A DNA stretch of 32,837 bases from a virus. Its lineage: Duplodnaviria > Caudoviricetes. The notes under the pieces were generated by a model. That model saw only the letters and a list, made by a program, of their open reading frames with translations. It was not told the DNA's origin and did no database searches. This document shows, piece by piece, positions 1-7,326 of this stretch (positions are counted from its first letter, which is position 1; every line of letters begins with the position of its first letter). Location: the IMG/VR virus record IMGVR_UViG_3300032212_000107, positions 1-32,837 of that record; one strand, written 5' to 3'. Both the position numbers and the translations under genes were made by a program.

Positions 1-139
1 ACTTAATGCCGAATCCTTGCTCTCTAAGCTCTAATATTCTCGCTGATAATCGGAAGCATCCAAACTCGCTCAGTGCATCAAGTGGCGTTATCTTCCGGCC
101 ACGTTTTAAAGCTCTTAATATTTCGTTGCTTTGGCTCAT
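1..139 (-). CDS. Winged helix-turn-helix protein, 3' end beyond the window edge
   Basis: Manual translation from ATG at 139: MSQSNEILRALKRGRKITPLDALSEFGCFRLSARILELREQGFGIK. The IT.LDA...GC.RL.ARI..LR..G pattern is a common small phage HTH family. Start overlaps the stop of 136..555. Confidence 0.75.
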   Translation of the reverse strand, partial: MSQSNEILRALKRGRKITPLDALSEFGCFRLSARILELREQGFGIK

Positions 140-555
140 AAACTAACACTCCTAGATGATAGCCAGCGTTCGCCAGCATTCTGGTTTTGCTTAATCTTCT
201 TTGTCCTGCTTAAAGCATTCGCTTTCTTAAACGGTTTAGCCATTTTCTGTACCTTGTTGGCCTCTTTCGGTTTTAAAGGCGCTCTGTCTAGCTCTCGTTG
301 CTTCTGAAAGGCTTTATACTCTTTTGCGTGGCGCTTACGATACCTTGCAAGCTCTCTTTCCTGCTTTTTAATCCGTTCAGCCTTTTTGCGCTCATACTCA
401 GCTTTTCTGTATCGCATACCATAGGGTATTAAGCTAAAGCTAACCTTAAAGCCGATCTTGTTTTCAATTTCTTCTATGCTCCAATCTTCATTCATAAACC
501 GATTGCGCCAGAAGTCACGGAATTTGTAATTGTAAGAACCACGCATTATCGACAA
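136..555 (-). CDS. Hypothetical basic, coiled-coil-rich protein
   Basis: 139-aa ORF coupled to both neighbours; K/R/E-rich helical C-terminal half. Confidence 0.6.
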   Translation of the reverse strand: MSIMRGSYNYKFRDFWRNRFMNEDWSIEEIENKIGFKVSFSLIPYGMRYRKAEYERKKAERIKKQERELARYRKRHAKEYKAFQKQRELDRAPLKPKEANKVQKMAKPFKKANALSRTKKIKQNQNAGERWLSSRSVSL

Positions 556-1007
556 ATATACCCATGTTTATATTCTTCTGATTTTCTTAAGCAGCACGCC
601 TCAAAAAAATCTTTTTCCCTGCAAAGATGCGCATCCGCAATAGATACTATCCAGCTATTATTACATTCGTCCCAGCAAACACCTTGAATCCTTCCGTTCG
701 TGGGTCTATTTCTCTGGTTTTTGTAAGAAGTAACATCGCGTAAATTTGCTATCCTGTTATCGTTTCTAACACCATTGATATGATCTATTTGGTTTTTAGG
801 CCATGATCCGTAAGTGATTAGCCAAGCTAGTCTATGTGCATAGTATATTTCCCCGCCGATCCTAATTTGGATATACCCAGAAACACAATTAGCACATCCT
901 GCTTTTTTGCCATTACGCCAAGCATTCGGCCAATCTCTGTTTTTATGGGTAAACTCACCAGAGTTAGGATTATAATCAAGAATTTCGTTTAATAATTCTA
1001 TGCTCAT
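546..1007 (-). CDS. HNH homing endonuclease (HNH_3 with AP2-like C-terminus)
   Basis: YAHRLAW...IDHINGVRNDNRIANLR motif; C-terminal FFEACCLRKSEE. Confidence 0.9.
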   Translation of the reverse strand: MSIELLNEILDYNPNSGEFTHKNRDWPNAWRNGKKAGCANCVSGYIQIRIGGEIYYAHRLAWLITYGSWPKNQIDHINGVRNDNRIANLRDVTSYKNQRNRPTNGRIQGVCWDECNNSWIVSIADAHLCREKDFFEACCLRKSEEYKHGYICR

Positions 1008-1228
1008 TTATCACCCTTTAACGGCTCAGTATCTTCTGTGAGTAGCTTGCGGCGGTCTGATTTAGAATGACATATAGAATCTATATATTTATTTGTTTCC
1101 TTGTCGATCAAAGCTTTTATTTTAGGCCAAGTGGCAGGATAAATTGTTATATCCTTCCTAACCATTCCAGCAGCCCGTTTCCTGTCTCGCTGTATCTGTT
1201 TGTTTTGGGCGTGAGTTTTAGGCATCAT
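1004..1228 (-). CDS. Small DNA-binding protein (ribbon-helix-helix/antitoxin-like)
   Basis: MPKTHAQNKQIQRDRKRAAGMVRKDITIYP fits the basic helix-G-beta-strand-helix pattern of small phage regulators. Start placed at the ATG overlapping the upstream ORF end. Confidence 0.5.
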   Translation of the reverse strand: MMPKTHAQNKQIQRDRKRAAGMVRKDITIYPATWPKIKALIDKETNKYIDSICHSKSDRRKLLTEDTEPLKGDK

Positions 1229-1397
1229 TAAAATCAACTCGCTTTATTATAGAGTCCGAAAACCCGACATGCTTATACCATTCCAGTGTATTTTTAGCCA
1301 TCTCCCAACCTATCTGCAAAGAAGATGCCCAACTCCTTCCCATGCTATCCTTATATAATATTTTGTAATATACAGTGCCATATACATGCGCCTTCAT
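1218..1397 (-). CDS. Hypothetical 59-aa protein (absent from the ORF track)
   Basis: Manual translation MKAHVYGTVYYKILYKDSMGRSWASSLQIGWEMAKNTLEWYKHVGFSDSIIKRVDFNDA*; GAGGG RBS upstream; fills the gap. Confidence 0.6.
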   Translation of the reverse strand: MKAHVYGTVYYKILYKDSMGRSWASSLQIGWEMAKNTLEWYKHVGFSDSIIKRVDFNDA

Positions 1398-1431
1398 TGT
1401 CTTACCCTCTGTTTATTTAATCAATAACTAC

Positions 1432-1460
1432 AGCTTACTATAAGACCGGACTCTTATCAA
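1432..1460 (-). promoter_or_regulatory. Sigma70-type promoter with palindromic operator
   Basis: Minus strand TTGATA-N17-TAAGCT; inverted repeat ATAAGA-N6-TCTTAT at 1440-1457 spans the spacer and the -35. Confidence 0.55.
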
Positions 1461-1510
1461 ATAGATATCACCCATACTAATCAGGCTAATTCATCGAGTT
1501 TTATCTATAA

Positions 1511-1786
1511 TTAGACGGCTTTGACGTTCATGCAGGCGTTATGCGCTTCGTCACGATCAATAACGCTATCTGAAATCGATGCATCTTCTTTGTATATCGC
1601 GTTGTCGTCATTTGTTTTGCATTCGTTACACTGTAAAACAGCATCAGCACACGCATGACGCGTTATCTTGTCCTGCTCAGACCTTATCTGCTTAATTAAC
1701 TTGGTAAGGTCTTTATGCTTGATTTCAACTCGCTTAGAGCCGCAGGTTTTTATAAACTCATAAGCTATTTCTTCTGCTGTTTGCAT
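1511..1786 (-). CDS. Hypothetical protein
   Basis: 91-aa ORF with AAGGTG RBS, co-oriented with the early arm. Confidence 0.65.
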   Translation of the reverse strand: MQTAEEIAYEFIKTCGSKRVEIKHKDLTKLIKQIRSEQDKITRHACADAVLQCNECKTNDDNAIYKEDASISDSVIDRDEAHNACMNVKAV

Positions 1787-1808
1787 ACATCACCTTTCTT
1801 ATGGTTGG

Positions 1809-2009
1809 TTAATCTAATATCTCGTCACTTTTTACCCTGTGAATCATCGACATAAATTTAGCAACTATCATTTCTCTTGTATCGCCGGTTTCTATTTGCA
1901 TGGAATGATGCCTATCGCCTTCAAAATCTAGTGTTAATTCAATTATTTGCTCATGTAATTGAACCTCTCCAAGCCTATGCAGCCTCATATCAATCAGTTT
2001 TTTGCTCAT
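1809..2009 (-). CDS. Hypothetical protein
   Basis: 66-aa ORF with GGAGAGGG RBS. Confidence 0.6.
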   Translation of the reverse strand: MSKKLIDMRLHRLGEVQLHEQIIELTLDFEGDRHHSMQIETGDTREMIVAKFMSMIHRVKSDEILD

Positions 2010-2044
2010 TCACCCTCTCCTATTCAATGTGGGATCAACCTTCT

Positions 2045-2233
2045 CTATTCGTTGTTTGATTTGGGTTTATATGTTTCTTTTCCAGTTCCATCACAAGCAC
2101 CACAATATGGACTTCCGTTGTGGTCGTAATATCCAGAGCCATTACAAGCCGTACAGTCTCTCTGTTTCCAGCCATGAATATTGTTATCGTAATTATCTTT
2201 TCTTGCCTGCTTTCTTTTCTGATAACTATCCAC
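2045..2233 (-). CDS. Small DnaJ-type zinc-finger protein
   Basis: Two CxxCxGxG motifs (CTACNGSG, CGACDGTG); GAGGTG RBS before the GTG start. Confidence 0.75.
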   Translation of the reverse strand: MDSYQKRKQARKDNYDNNIHGWKQRDCTACNGSGYYDHNGSPYCGACDGTGKETYKPKSNNE

Positions 2234-2277
2234 AATCTCACCTCGTTAGTTAAGCTCTTGTTCTATGCGCTGTTTGA

Positions 2278-2730
2278 TTACAGCCCTAGTTTCTTTTTCA
2301 TTTCTGCCAGCGAACCCTCTGCGACTTCCGGCGTGCATTTTTGGGTTAGCTGTCTGCCTCTCGGAATATATTCTTTGTACGCTGCTGTGTTGTGTTGCCA
2401 TGCTTCCGGCTCGTCTTTACACATTTTCACGAATTGCGGCATACTGGGCGGCCATTCATCACCAGCTTTTAACATGACCTCAAGGCCATGCTTAATCTGA
2501 TCGGTTGATAAATCAATCAAACCATTCAGCCAAATATTAGCCGCGTCGGTTAATTCGTTTTTGTTATACAGCGCCTCACCATAGTTGCTAGTCCAGCGAT
2601 GGCCGAAGCATATTGCCATCTGTTGCCACACCCTCAGAATTATCTGCCTGCTTTTGTCTGAGATGTTCGTCGAAGTCTCTGACTTGCTTACTTGCCCTTT
2701 CTGCGGCTGATAGCTTTCTATTTTTTTCAT
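2278..2730 (-). CDS. Replication protein P-like (putative helicase loader); start uncertain (2730 or 2619)
   Basis: W..M...FGHRWTSNYG...W...L..L...QI..GL...EWPPS.PQF...C pattern of phage P-like proteins; directly downstream of the initiator. Confidence 0.75.
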   Translation of the reverse strand: MKKIESYQPQKGQVSKSETSTNISDKSRQIILRVWQQMAICFGHRWTSNYGEALYNKNELTDAANIWLNGLIDLSTDQIKHGLEVMLKAGDEWPPSMPQFVKMCKDEPEAWQHNTAAYKEYIPRGRQLTQKCTPEVAEGSLAEMKKKLGL

Positions 2731-3355
2731 TACCATTTTGCTTATCCTCGTTTCGTGTATTCCAGCTAGATACCGTGTGCTTCCAGCTAACCATCTTGTT
2801 CTTTCCAACTTTCCAGCCATTTGATTTGTAGTAATCCATAAATCTATTTGGTGATACGTTGTAATTTTTTGATTTTATGTAATCACACAATTCCTGAAAG
2901 GTGGGCGGGGTAAATCTTTTTACCCCCTTCTTTTTAATTGGTTCTGGTTTATGGTTCTGGTTCTGGTTCTGGTTAGCTTTCGATTCGGTTTTATCTGGGT
3001 TAGCTAAATTAACCGACTGGGTTTTGTCTGGGTTTTTAGGTCTGCCCCCTTTGGCTCCGTTAGCCCTTGCCGCGCCTACCTTTGCTTGATATTTTTCTAT
3101 TTCAATATCGCATCTAAAATGATGATAATAATCACCCTTTAGAATAAAGAATTCTGTTAAAATACATTGAACAGCAATACATTCTTCTTCTGTATTTGCT
3201 ATTGCTTTTTTACAAATTAATTCAATATCATTGAAGATCGGAGATTCTTTGTCGTAATATAATTCGATAAGATCACGATAAATTGAGCGCTCAACACGGT
3301 TTAAATGACGCGTCGCTTGATTAAAATCACCAATATGGTGAGGGTAGTAGTTCAT
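2588..3355 (-). CDS. Replication initiator, YdaU/DUF1376 family (lambda O-like position)
   Basis: MNYYPHHIGDF...RSIYRDLIELYY N-terminus, NGAKGGRP motif, low-complexity linker, C-terminal F.PPT...F.DYY..NGWKVG...M..WK domain. Confidence 0.85.
   Translation of the reverse strand: MNYYPHHIGDFNQATRHLNRVERSIYRDLIELYYDKESPIFNDIELICKKAIANTEEECIAVQCILTEFFILKGDYYHHFRCDIEIEKYQAKVGAARANGAKGGRPKNPDKTQSVNLANPDKTESKANQNQNQNHKPEPIKKKGVKRFTPPTFQELCDYIKSKNYNVSPNRFMDYYKSNGWKVGKNKMVSWKHTVSSWNTRNEDKQNGNEKNRKLSAAERASKQVRDFDEHLRQKQADNSEGVATDGNMLRPSLD
2939..3040 (-). repeat. Iteron-like repeats inside the initiator gene (candidate replication origin)
   Basis: Minus strand has three AACCCAG, a duplicated AACCCAGA(C/T)AAAACC unit and tandem AACCAG hexamers followed by an A-rich run. 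Same position as ori within lambda O. Confidence 0.6.
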
Positions 3356-3460
3356 TGATTAAGCCCTATTTGTTAGCCCTAAAATTGAGAACGCTGGCAA
3401 TCAGGGCAATGACTGTCCTCTGGGAGCAACCCCAAAGTAAGCACAGCGCGTTTATTTCAA
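3356..3460 (-). ncRNA. Putative structured leader RNA upstream of the replication initiator
   Basis: Outer stem GCGCTG/CAGCGT encloses two hairpins (3418-3437 and 3398-3415). The TTGCCC loop is complementary to TAGGGCT repeats at 3375-3381 and 3362-3368. Confidence 0.5.
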
Positions 3461-3472
3461 TACGTTAATTAT

Positions 3473-3505
3473 ACCCTACTTCCGTTTATTCGGGGTAGGG
3501 TTTTT
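3473..3505. promoter_or_regulatory. Inverted repeat: plus-strand terminator-like hairpin, or operator next to a minus-strand TATAAT (3468-3473)
   Basis: ACCCTACTTCCG-TTTATT-CGGGGTAGGGT followed by a T run. Confidence 0.5.
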
Positions 3506-3507
3506 AT

Positions 3508-3666
3508 TTAATTGTAAATAGTTAATTCGTCATCTTCTGTACTTATAACAATATCAGTACCATGATAACCAAGAGAAGATATATCAATATAATTTATATC
3601 AATATCTTCAAAATCAGCATCTTTGATTTTTTTATCAACAATCTCTTTAAATTCTGACCATTTCAT
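3508..3666 (-). CDS. Hypothetical acidic 52-aa protein
   Basis: Manual translation MKWSEFKEIVDKKIKDADFEDIDINYIDIS...; fills a gap in the early arm. Confidence 0.55.
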   Translation of the reverse strand: MKWSEFKEIVDKKIKDADFEDIDINYIDISSLGYHGTDIVISTEDDELTIYN

Positions 3667-3799
3667 AATTCAATTCTCTTTATTCACAGCTTAAAAATAA
3701 CCCATAATGCAAACCAGATACCAATTAGCCATTTAATCTGCTCTAAGTCGGTCATTTCATCACCTCATTATGTTATAATTAACCCTTAAAGTAAGGCTG

Positions 3800-3964
3800 C
3801 TATTTTATAAATTCGATAGCAGATTCTTTAACGCTGCATTGCTTTGTTTCGATTTTTCCAGTTTTAGGATTCACGGAAACCTGTACAACACACTGAGATA
3901 CCTCTTGATTGGTGGACGTACAGAACGTTAAGTTTCTGGCATCTAAAAAGTCACTATCTTTCAT
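3800..3964 (-). CDS. Hypothetical 54-aa protein
   Basis: Manual translation MKDSDFLDARNLTFCTSTNQEVSQC...; GAGGA RBS. Confidence 0.5.
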   Translation of the reverse strand: MKDSDFLDARNLTFCTSTNQEVSQCVVQVSVNPKTGKIETKQCSVKESAIEFIK

Positions 3965-3989
3965 TGCTTTCCTCGTTTATCGGTAGGGG

Positions 3990-4148
3990 TTAGCCAATAA
4001 CTTCACAGTCTTCAACATATTCAAACTGGCATTCAGCTAATGCAACAGCACGCTCACAGGCATCTTCTGGGTTTGTTGCCTTGACGGTTACTATGTCCGT
4101 ATGCCTTTCTATAACTTTAACTTTATATTCTTTCTCTAAATCACTCAT
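3990..4148 (-). CDS. Small DpnD/PcfM-like protein (52 aa)
   Basis: Manual translation MSDLEKEYKVKVIERHTDIVTVKATNPEDACERA...; Y.V.V.E....V.V.A...E.A pattern; ATGA overlap with the upstream stop. Confidence 0.5.
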   Translation of the reverse strand: MSDLEKEYKVKVIERHTDIVTVKATNPEDACERAVALAECQFEYVEDCEVIG

Positions 4149-4342
4149 CTCTCATCCTTCCCAGTGGGATTAAATTCTTTTTTAACAATAGGCCAACAAT
4201 TACGGCAATAGTGCTGTTCTCCATCGTAAGGGTGAGAATGAAAACCTGCGTGCTCAACGTCGTTATCGGTATAGTCATCAATCTCTCTTGAATTGTGACA
4301 CCCAGAAGCATCGCAACTTACTCTTATTTCAATAGTCATCAT
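4145..4342 (-). CDS. Small zinc-binding hypothetical protein
   Basis: CDxxGC...HYCxxC motifs; AAGGTG RBS. Confidence 0.65.
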   Translation of the reverse strand: MMTIEIRVSCDASGCHNSREIDDYTDNDVEHAGFHSHPYDGEQHYCRNCWPIVKKEFNPTGKDER

Positions 4343-4379
4343 TCTTCACCTTATATAATTAGTTATGTTCTTTTACTGG

Positions 4380-4562
4380 TTAACTTCCAAATTCCATAAT
4401 GCTATCAAAATCTATATTGTCTTGTTCATCAGCCGCACAACCAACGTGCATCATTTCATTATAAGAAATAACTACGCACTGCCCCTCATAAACAACTTCA
4501 TCACACCAAGGACATAATAAATCACCATTTTCGTTTTTTTCGTTATCCAATTCTTTGCTCAC
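4380..4562 (-). CDS. Small zinc-binding hypothetical protein
   Basis: CPWC...HxxC; GTGA overlap with the upstream ORF; AGGGGGTG RBS. Confidence 0.6.
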   Translation of the reverse strand: MSKELDNEKNENGDLLCPWCDEVVYEGQCVVISYNEMMHVGCAADEQDNIDFDSIMEFGS

Positions 4563-4744
4563 AAATCACCCCCTTTAGATGTACTGGATGGGCGGGTGTC
4601 TTTTAAATCATTAATAGCTTTTTGTATCGTCTCGAAATTAACCAAGCCAGCGACAACTATTTGACCACCCATAAGCGCTCTAATTTTTGGCATGACCTCA
4701 TCAAGAATATTGTTTCTTTCACACGCCTTCAATTCATCACTCAT
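4559..4744 (-). CDS. Hypothetical protein (probable start MSDELKAC)
   Basis: GGAG RBS before ATG 4744, coupled to the upstream ORF end; the longer track ORF overlaps the upstream gene. Confidence 0.55.
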   Translation of the reverse strand: MSDELKACERNNILDEVMPKIRALMGGQIVVAGLVNFETIQKAINDLKDTRPSSTSKGGDL

Positions 4745-4952
4745 GGCGAGAACTCCATTTATGTGCTGTTTTATGCCACGTATTACACCAAACACAACGC
4801 AATCCAAGGGCATTATTTTTTCTGTCTGTATAAAAAGAATCTCTCCATTTATGCAAGCCAACAAAGCACAGCAGCCAAGTAACAGGCTTAAAAAATTCTT
4901 TGATAGATTCTTTCACACACACCTTCAATTCATGTTTTAATTCATCAGTCAT
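4737..4952 (-). CDS. DUF1660-like prophage protein
   Basis: LLCFVGLHKW...CxxC motif; start at MTDELK after GAGG. Confidence 0.6.
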   Translation of the reverse strand: MTDELKHELKVCVKESIKEFFKPVTWLLCFVGLHKWRDSFYTDRKNNALGLRCVWCNTWHKTAHKWSSRHE

Positions 4953-5166
4953 GGCTGGCCTCGCTTTTTTGGTTATGCCGATTGATAATTGACATAACAA
5001 CAGACACATCTGTATTCGTCATTGGTTTATAGCAAGGTTCTTGAGGGATTCCGGTAGAGTTTTCAGAATCCACATCAAAACCTAAAGTGCAGCGCTGTCT
5101 AAACGGACTTGATTGATACCAACCGCCTTTGCATCCATTACAATTTTTCTTCTGTGATAATCTCAT
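4945..5166 (-). CDS. Cys-rich hypothetical protein
   Basis: 73 aa, CNGC...C.LG...P.EPC.KP; GGAG RBS. Confidence 0.65.
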   Translation of the reverse strand: MRLSQKKNCNGCKGGWYQSSPFRQRCTLGFDVDSENSTGIPQEPCYKPMTNTDVSVVMSIINRHNQKSEASHD

Positions 5167-5184
5167 CGCTCACTCTCCAATAAT

Positions 5185-5733
5185 TTAATCACAGCTCTCG
5201 TGATGGATTCCATGATTTTCATGAAATCCACATTTATTTTCGGCAGATTTACGAGCACAAACGGCCTCGAAAAAATCATTGAAATATCCAAGGTCAATAG
5301 CTTTATTATTATTGGTTATACCAGATCTCCATTTCCCTCTTGTATCTAACCACCGAACACCATAACAACCACTTTTATTATTTTTACCTAACTTTCTGTT
5401 TTTTCCGTTGGTTTTATTATCTACATTTCTTAAGTTGTTAATTACATTATTGGTTTTATTTTGGTCTATATGATCAATTTGTACTGGGCAGCTCCCATAA
5501 ACATAAAGCCAAGCTAATCGGTGTGCTAAATACATCTTATTTTTTATTGATATTCGGACATATCCACGATCACAAGTGTTCCCGGCTGCATCGCCAGCTT
5601 TAATGGCGGCATGTGAATTTTTATGCGTGAATAATCCGGTTTTAGGATCGTAATTCAACAAAGATTTTAATAGCTCAATATCTGGCAACTCAGCAAGCTG
5701 TTTATTCAGTGCGTTAAGCTCTGTTTTATTCAT
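5185..5733 (-). CDS. HNH homing endonuclease (HNH_3 + AP2-like)
   Basis: YLAHRLAW...IDHIDQNKTNN...NLR, NKSG..GV.W, LGYF.DFFEAVCARKSAE. Confidence 0.9.
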   Translation of the reverse strand: MNKTELNALNKQLAELPDIELLKSLLNYDPKTGLFTHKNSHAAIKAGDAAGNTCDRGYVRISIKNKMYLAHRLAWLYVYGSCPVQIDHIDQNKTNNVINNLRNVDNKTNGKNRKLGKNNKSGCYGVRWLDTRGKWRSGITNNNKAIDLGYFNDFFEAVCARKSAENKCGFHENHGIHHESCD

Positions 5734-5876
5734 TGGTTATCCAACCATTTATCATCTAACCAAACAATGAAGTCACTAAATTGATTAAACGCTTTAATGA
5801 AAGCAGGGTCGCTTGATAGATAACCAAACGGCTTTCCTGTCATAAAATAGTGTAATGTCATTTGTGCATTAGTCAT
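5730..5876 (-). CDS. Hypothetical 48-aa protein
   Basis: Manual translation MTNAQMTLHYFMTGKPFGYLSSDPAFIKAF...; ATGA overlaps at both ends. Confidence 0.55.
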   Translation of the reverse strand: MTNAQMTLHYFMTGKPFGYLSSDPAFIKAFNQFSDFIVWLDDKWLDNQ

Positions 5877-6127
5877 TGGTTGTCCTTAAACAGATTTCTA
5901 ATTCTCATTTGTGGTAAAATATATACATCAAGCCGGTAATAGCAGTCTTGCGCGATTTTATCTATCGTTGAACAGGCCATGATACCCAAACTTGAATCGA
6001 TCCAGCCGGTAGCGTCGTCAAAACTATGCAATATCTGATCGTCAGTTTTGTGATCCCAAATATTTTGAATTTGTTTATCACCCATAGATTTAGGCAACAA
6101 AGCAATTAACCATATTGGTAGTTTCAT
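5873..6127 (-). CDS. Hypothetical protein
   Basis: 84-aa ORF abutting its neighbours, GGGGAG RBS. Confidence 0.6.
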   Translation of the reverse strand: MKLPIWLIALLPKSMGDKQIQNIWDHKTDDQILHSFDDATGWIDSSLGIMACSTIDKIAQDCYYRLDVYILPQMRIRNLFKDNQ

Positions 6128-6406
6128 TCACTCTCCCCCCTTATTGGTAGGTGGTTCAGGTAAACTTGCCATCGCCTCTAAAATAGATGATAAGGCATCG
6201 TTATAGTCTTCATGTTGTATATGATCATAAGCATTGTTTAAAGATTGTCTTATGCACTGACTGGCGCGGTGATTGGCGATGAGTTTTTCAATGGTTTTGG
6301 GTTTTCGAAACTGGTAATCACCGGCCTTAAGAGACCTGCTAATAGCTTCAATTTCTTCTTTTGTAATTTCAATCACGGTCTTTCTCCAATTCTGGAAACT
6401 CACCAA
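6128..6406 (-). CDS. Hypothetical protein (true start may be a downstream GTG)
   Basis: Co-oriented ORF ending LPEPP, a common terminus of small early phage proteins. Confidence 0.55.
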   Translation of the reverse strand: MVSFQNWRKTVIEITKEEIEAISRSLKAGDYQFRKPKTIEKLIANHRASQCIRQSLNNAYDHIQHEDYNDALSSILEAMASLPEPPTNKGGE

Positions 6407-6569
6407 CTAGCTCAGGCGCTTCGAGTTCAAGATTTTTTTCATACTCATCACAATAAGCTAGGCAAATCTCTCTCAGTGATGGCGTGATTTCAGAGTCCTT
6501 AAGCAATTCCTTATGATGGATATAGCCTTGCTTTGCTGTTTTGTCTGATAGGTTAAGAGTGATTTTCAT
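6369..6569 (-). CDS. Hypothetical protein
   Basis: 66 aa; ATGA overlap with the Cro-like gene. Confidence 0.6.
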   Translation of the reverse strand: MKITLNLSDKTAKQGYIHHKELLKDSEITPSLREICLAYCDEYEKNLELEAPELVGEFPELEKDRD

Positions 6570-6781
6570 TTCTTTGCTTCCTTACGCTTTTGTCGCTGCC
6601 TGTGCTTGTTTTCTTGCACTAAATAATCATGCAATTCTTCTATTTTCTTTATGCCGGGGTCGCCTGTCATAGCCTTAACGCTTTCCAGCCAGCGCACAGA
6701 ATAGCCAAGATCGTTAGATATTTCCCTCATCGAACGGCTTGATTTTTTAAGTAGATCAACAGTAATAGAATAAACGCTCAT
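6566..6781 (-). CDS. Cro/XRE-like helix-turn-helix regulator
   Basis: SMREISNDLGYSVRWL...DPGIKKIEELHDYL; first gene after the leftward promoter. Confidence 0.75.
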   Translation of the reverse strand: MSVYSITVDLLKKSSRSMREISNDLGYSVRWLESVKAMTGDPGIKKIEELHDYLVQENKHRQRQKRKEAKK

Positions 6782-6809
6782 ATAGTCACCTTTTTTGTAG
6801 TATGGCTAT

Positions 6810-6838
6810 AGCCTAGTTCATTAGATCATAAAAGTAAA
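6810..6838 (-). promoter_or_regulatory. Leftward early promoter
   Basis: Minus strand TTTACT-N17-TAGGCT; perfect palindrome GGCTATAGCC at 6804-6813. Confidence 0.55.
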
Positions 6839-6866
6839 GCAGAATGTCGCATTAAATAAATGCTAA

Positions 6867-6902
6867 ATAATGTTGACATTATCAAAATCCTGTGCCTATA
6901 AT
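6867..6902 (+). promoter_or_regulatory. Rightward consensus sigma70 promoter with operator-like inverted repeat
   Basis: TTGACA (6873-6878)-N18-TATAAT (6897-6902); ATAATGT-TG-ACATTAT (6867-6882) covers the -35. Confidence 0.75.
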
Positions 6903-6936
6903 TAGTCACGATAACAAACAAAGACAGGGCAAGAAG

Positions 6937-7101
6937 ATGAAAACATTTATATATCAAGATTCAAAAAATATGCCTCAAGATATGAAAAATGAGCTTTTAA
7001 ACGCCTCTCATGCTGGCGAGGCTGAAAAAATCTTTAATAAATATGAAGATGTGTTTTTTGTCGAGATTCGCAGCCGCGCCTACGTTTGGCTAAATCTATA
7101 G
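6937..7101 (+). CDS. Hypothetical 54-aa early protein
   Basis: ATG 6937 follows AGGG and lies downstream of the promoter; the track start at 6892 falls inside the promoter. Confidence 0.6.
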   Translation: MKTFIYQDSKNMPQDMKNELLNASHAGEAEKIFNKYEDVFFVEIRSRAYVWLNL

Positions 7102-7109
7102 TAAACAAA

Positions 7110-7123
7110 GCCCCTTCGGGGGC
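7110..7123. terminator. GC-rich UUCG hairpin (T-tract only on the minus strand)
   Basis: GCCCC-TTCG-GGGGC, intergenic. Confidence 0.5.
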
Positions 7124-7134
7124 AAGGAATCACC

Positions 7135-7326
7135 ATGATAAACAACAAACCAGTTTTTTACTTCAAGAGCGCCTTAGTCATGCTTATTTTAATGCTTGCA
7201 TGGCTAGTATGTGACATTCTGGATTCATACGATATTGAGTGGCCTACTTATAGCAAGAGCTTTGAAGAATCAAAGATAAGCTTTGACCAGAAAGGAAACC
7301 GATTAAATAGAAAGGGTTGGGAATGA
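7135..7326 (+). CDS. Small membrane protein
   Basis: One hydrophobic segment (ALVMLILMLAWLV); AAGGA RBS. Confidence 0.6.
   Translation: MINNKPVFYFKSALVMLILMLAWLVCDILDSYDIEWPTYSKSFEESKISFDQKGNRLNRKGWE

Noticed and set aside
3680-3688. Isolated perfect DnaA box TTATTCACA
   Set aside because: A single 9-mer is expected by chance and there is no cluster.
1877-6487. Plus-strand ORFs in the early arm (e.g. 2120..2500, 4622..4882, 6245..6487) and minus-strand 2035..2241
   Set aside because: They overlap a tightly coupled minus-strand gene series; the zinc-finger frame 2045..2233 has the better RBS and motif.
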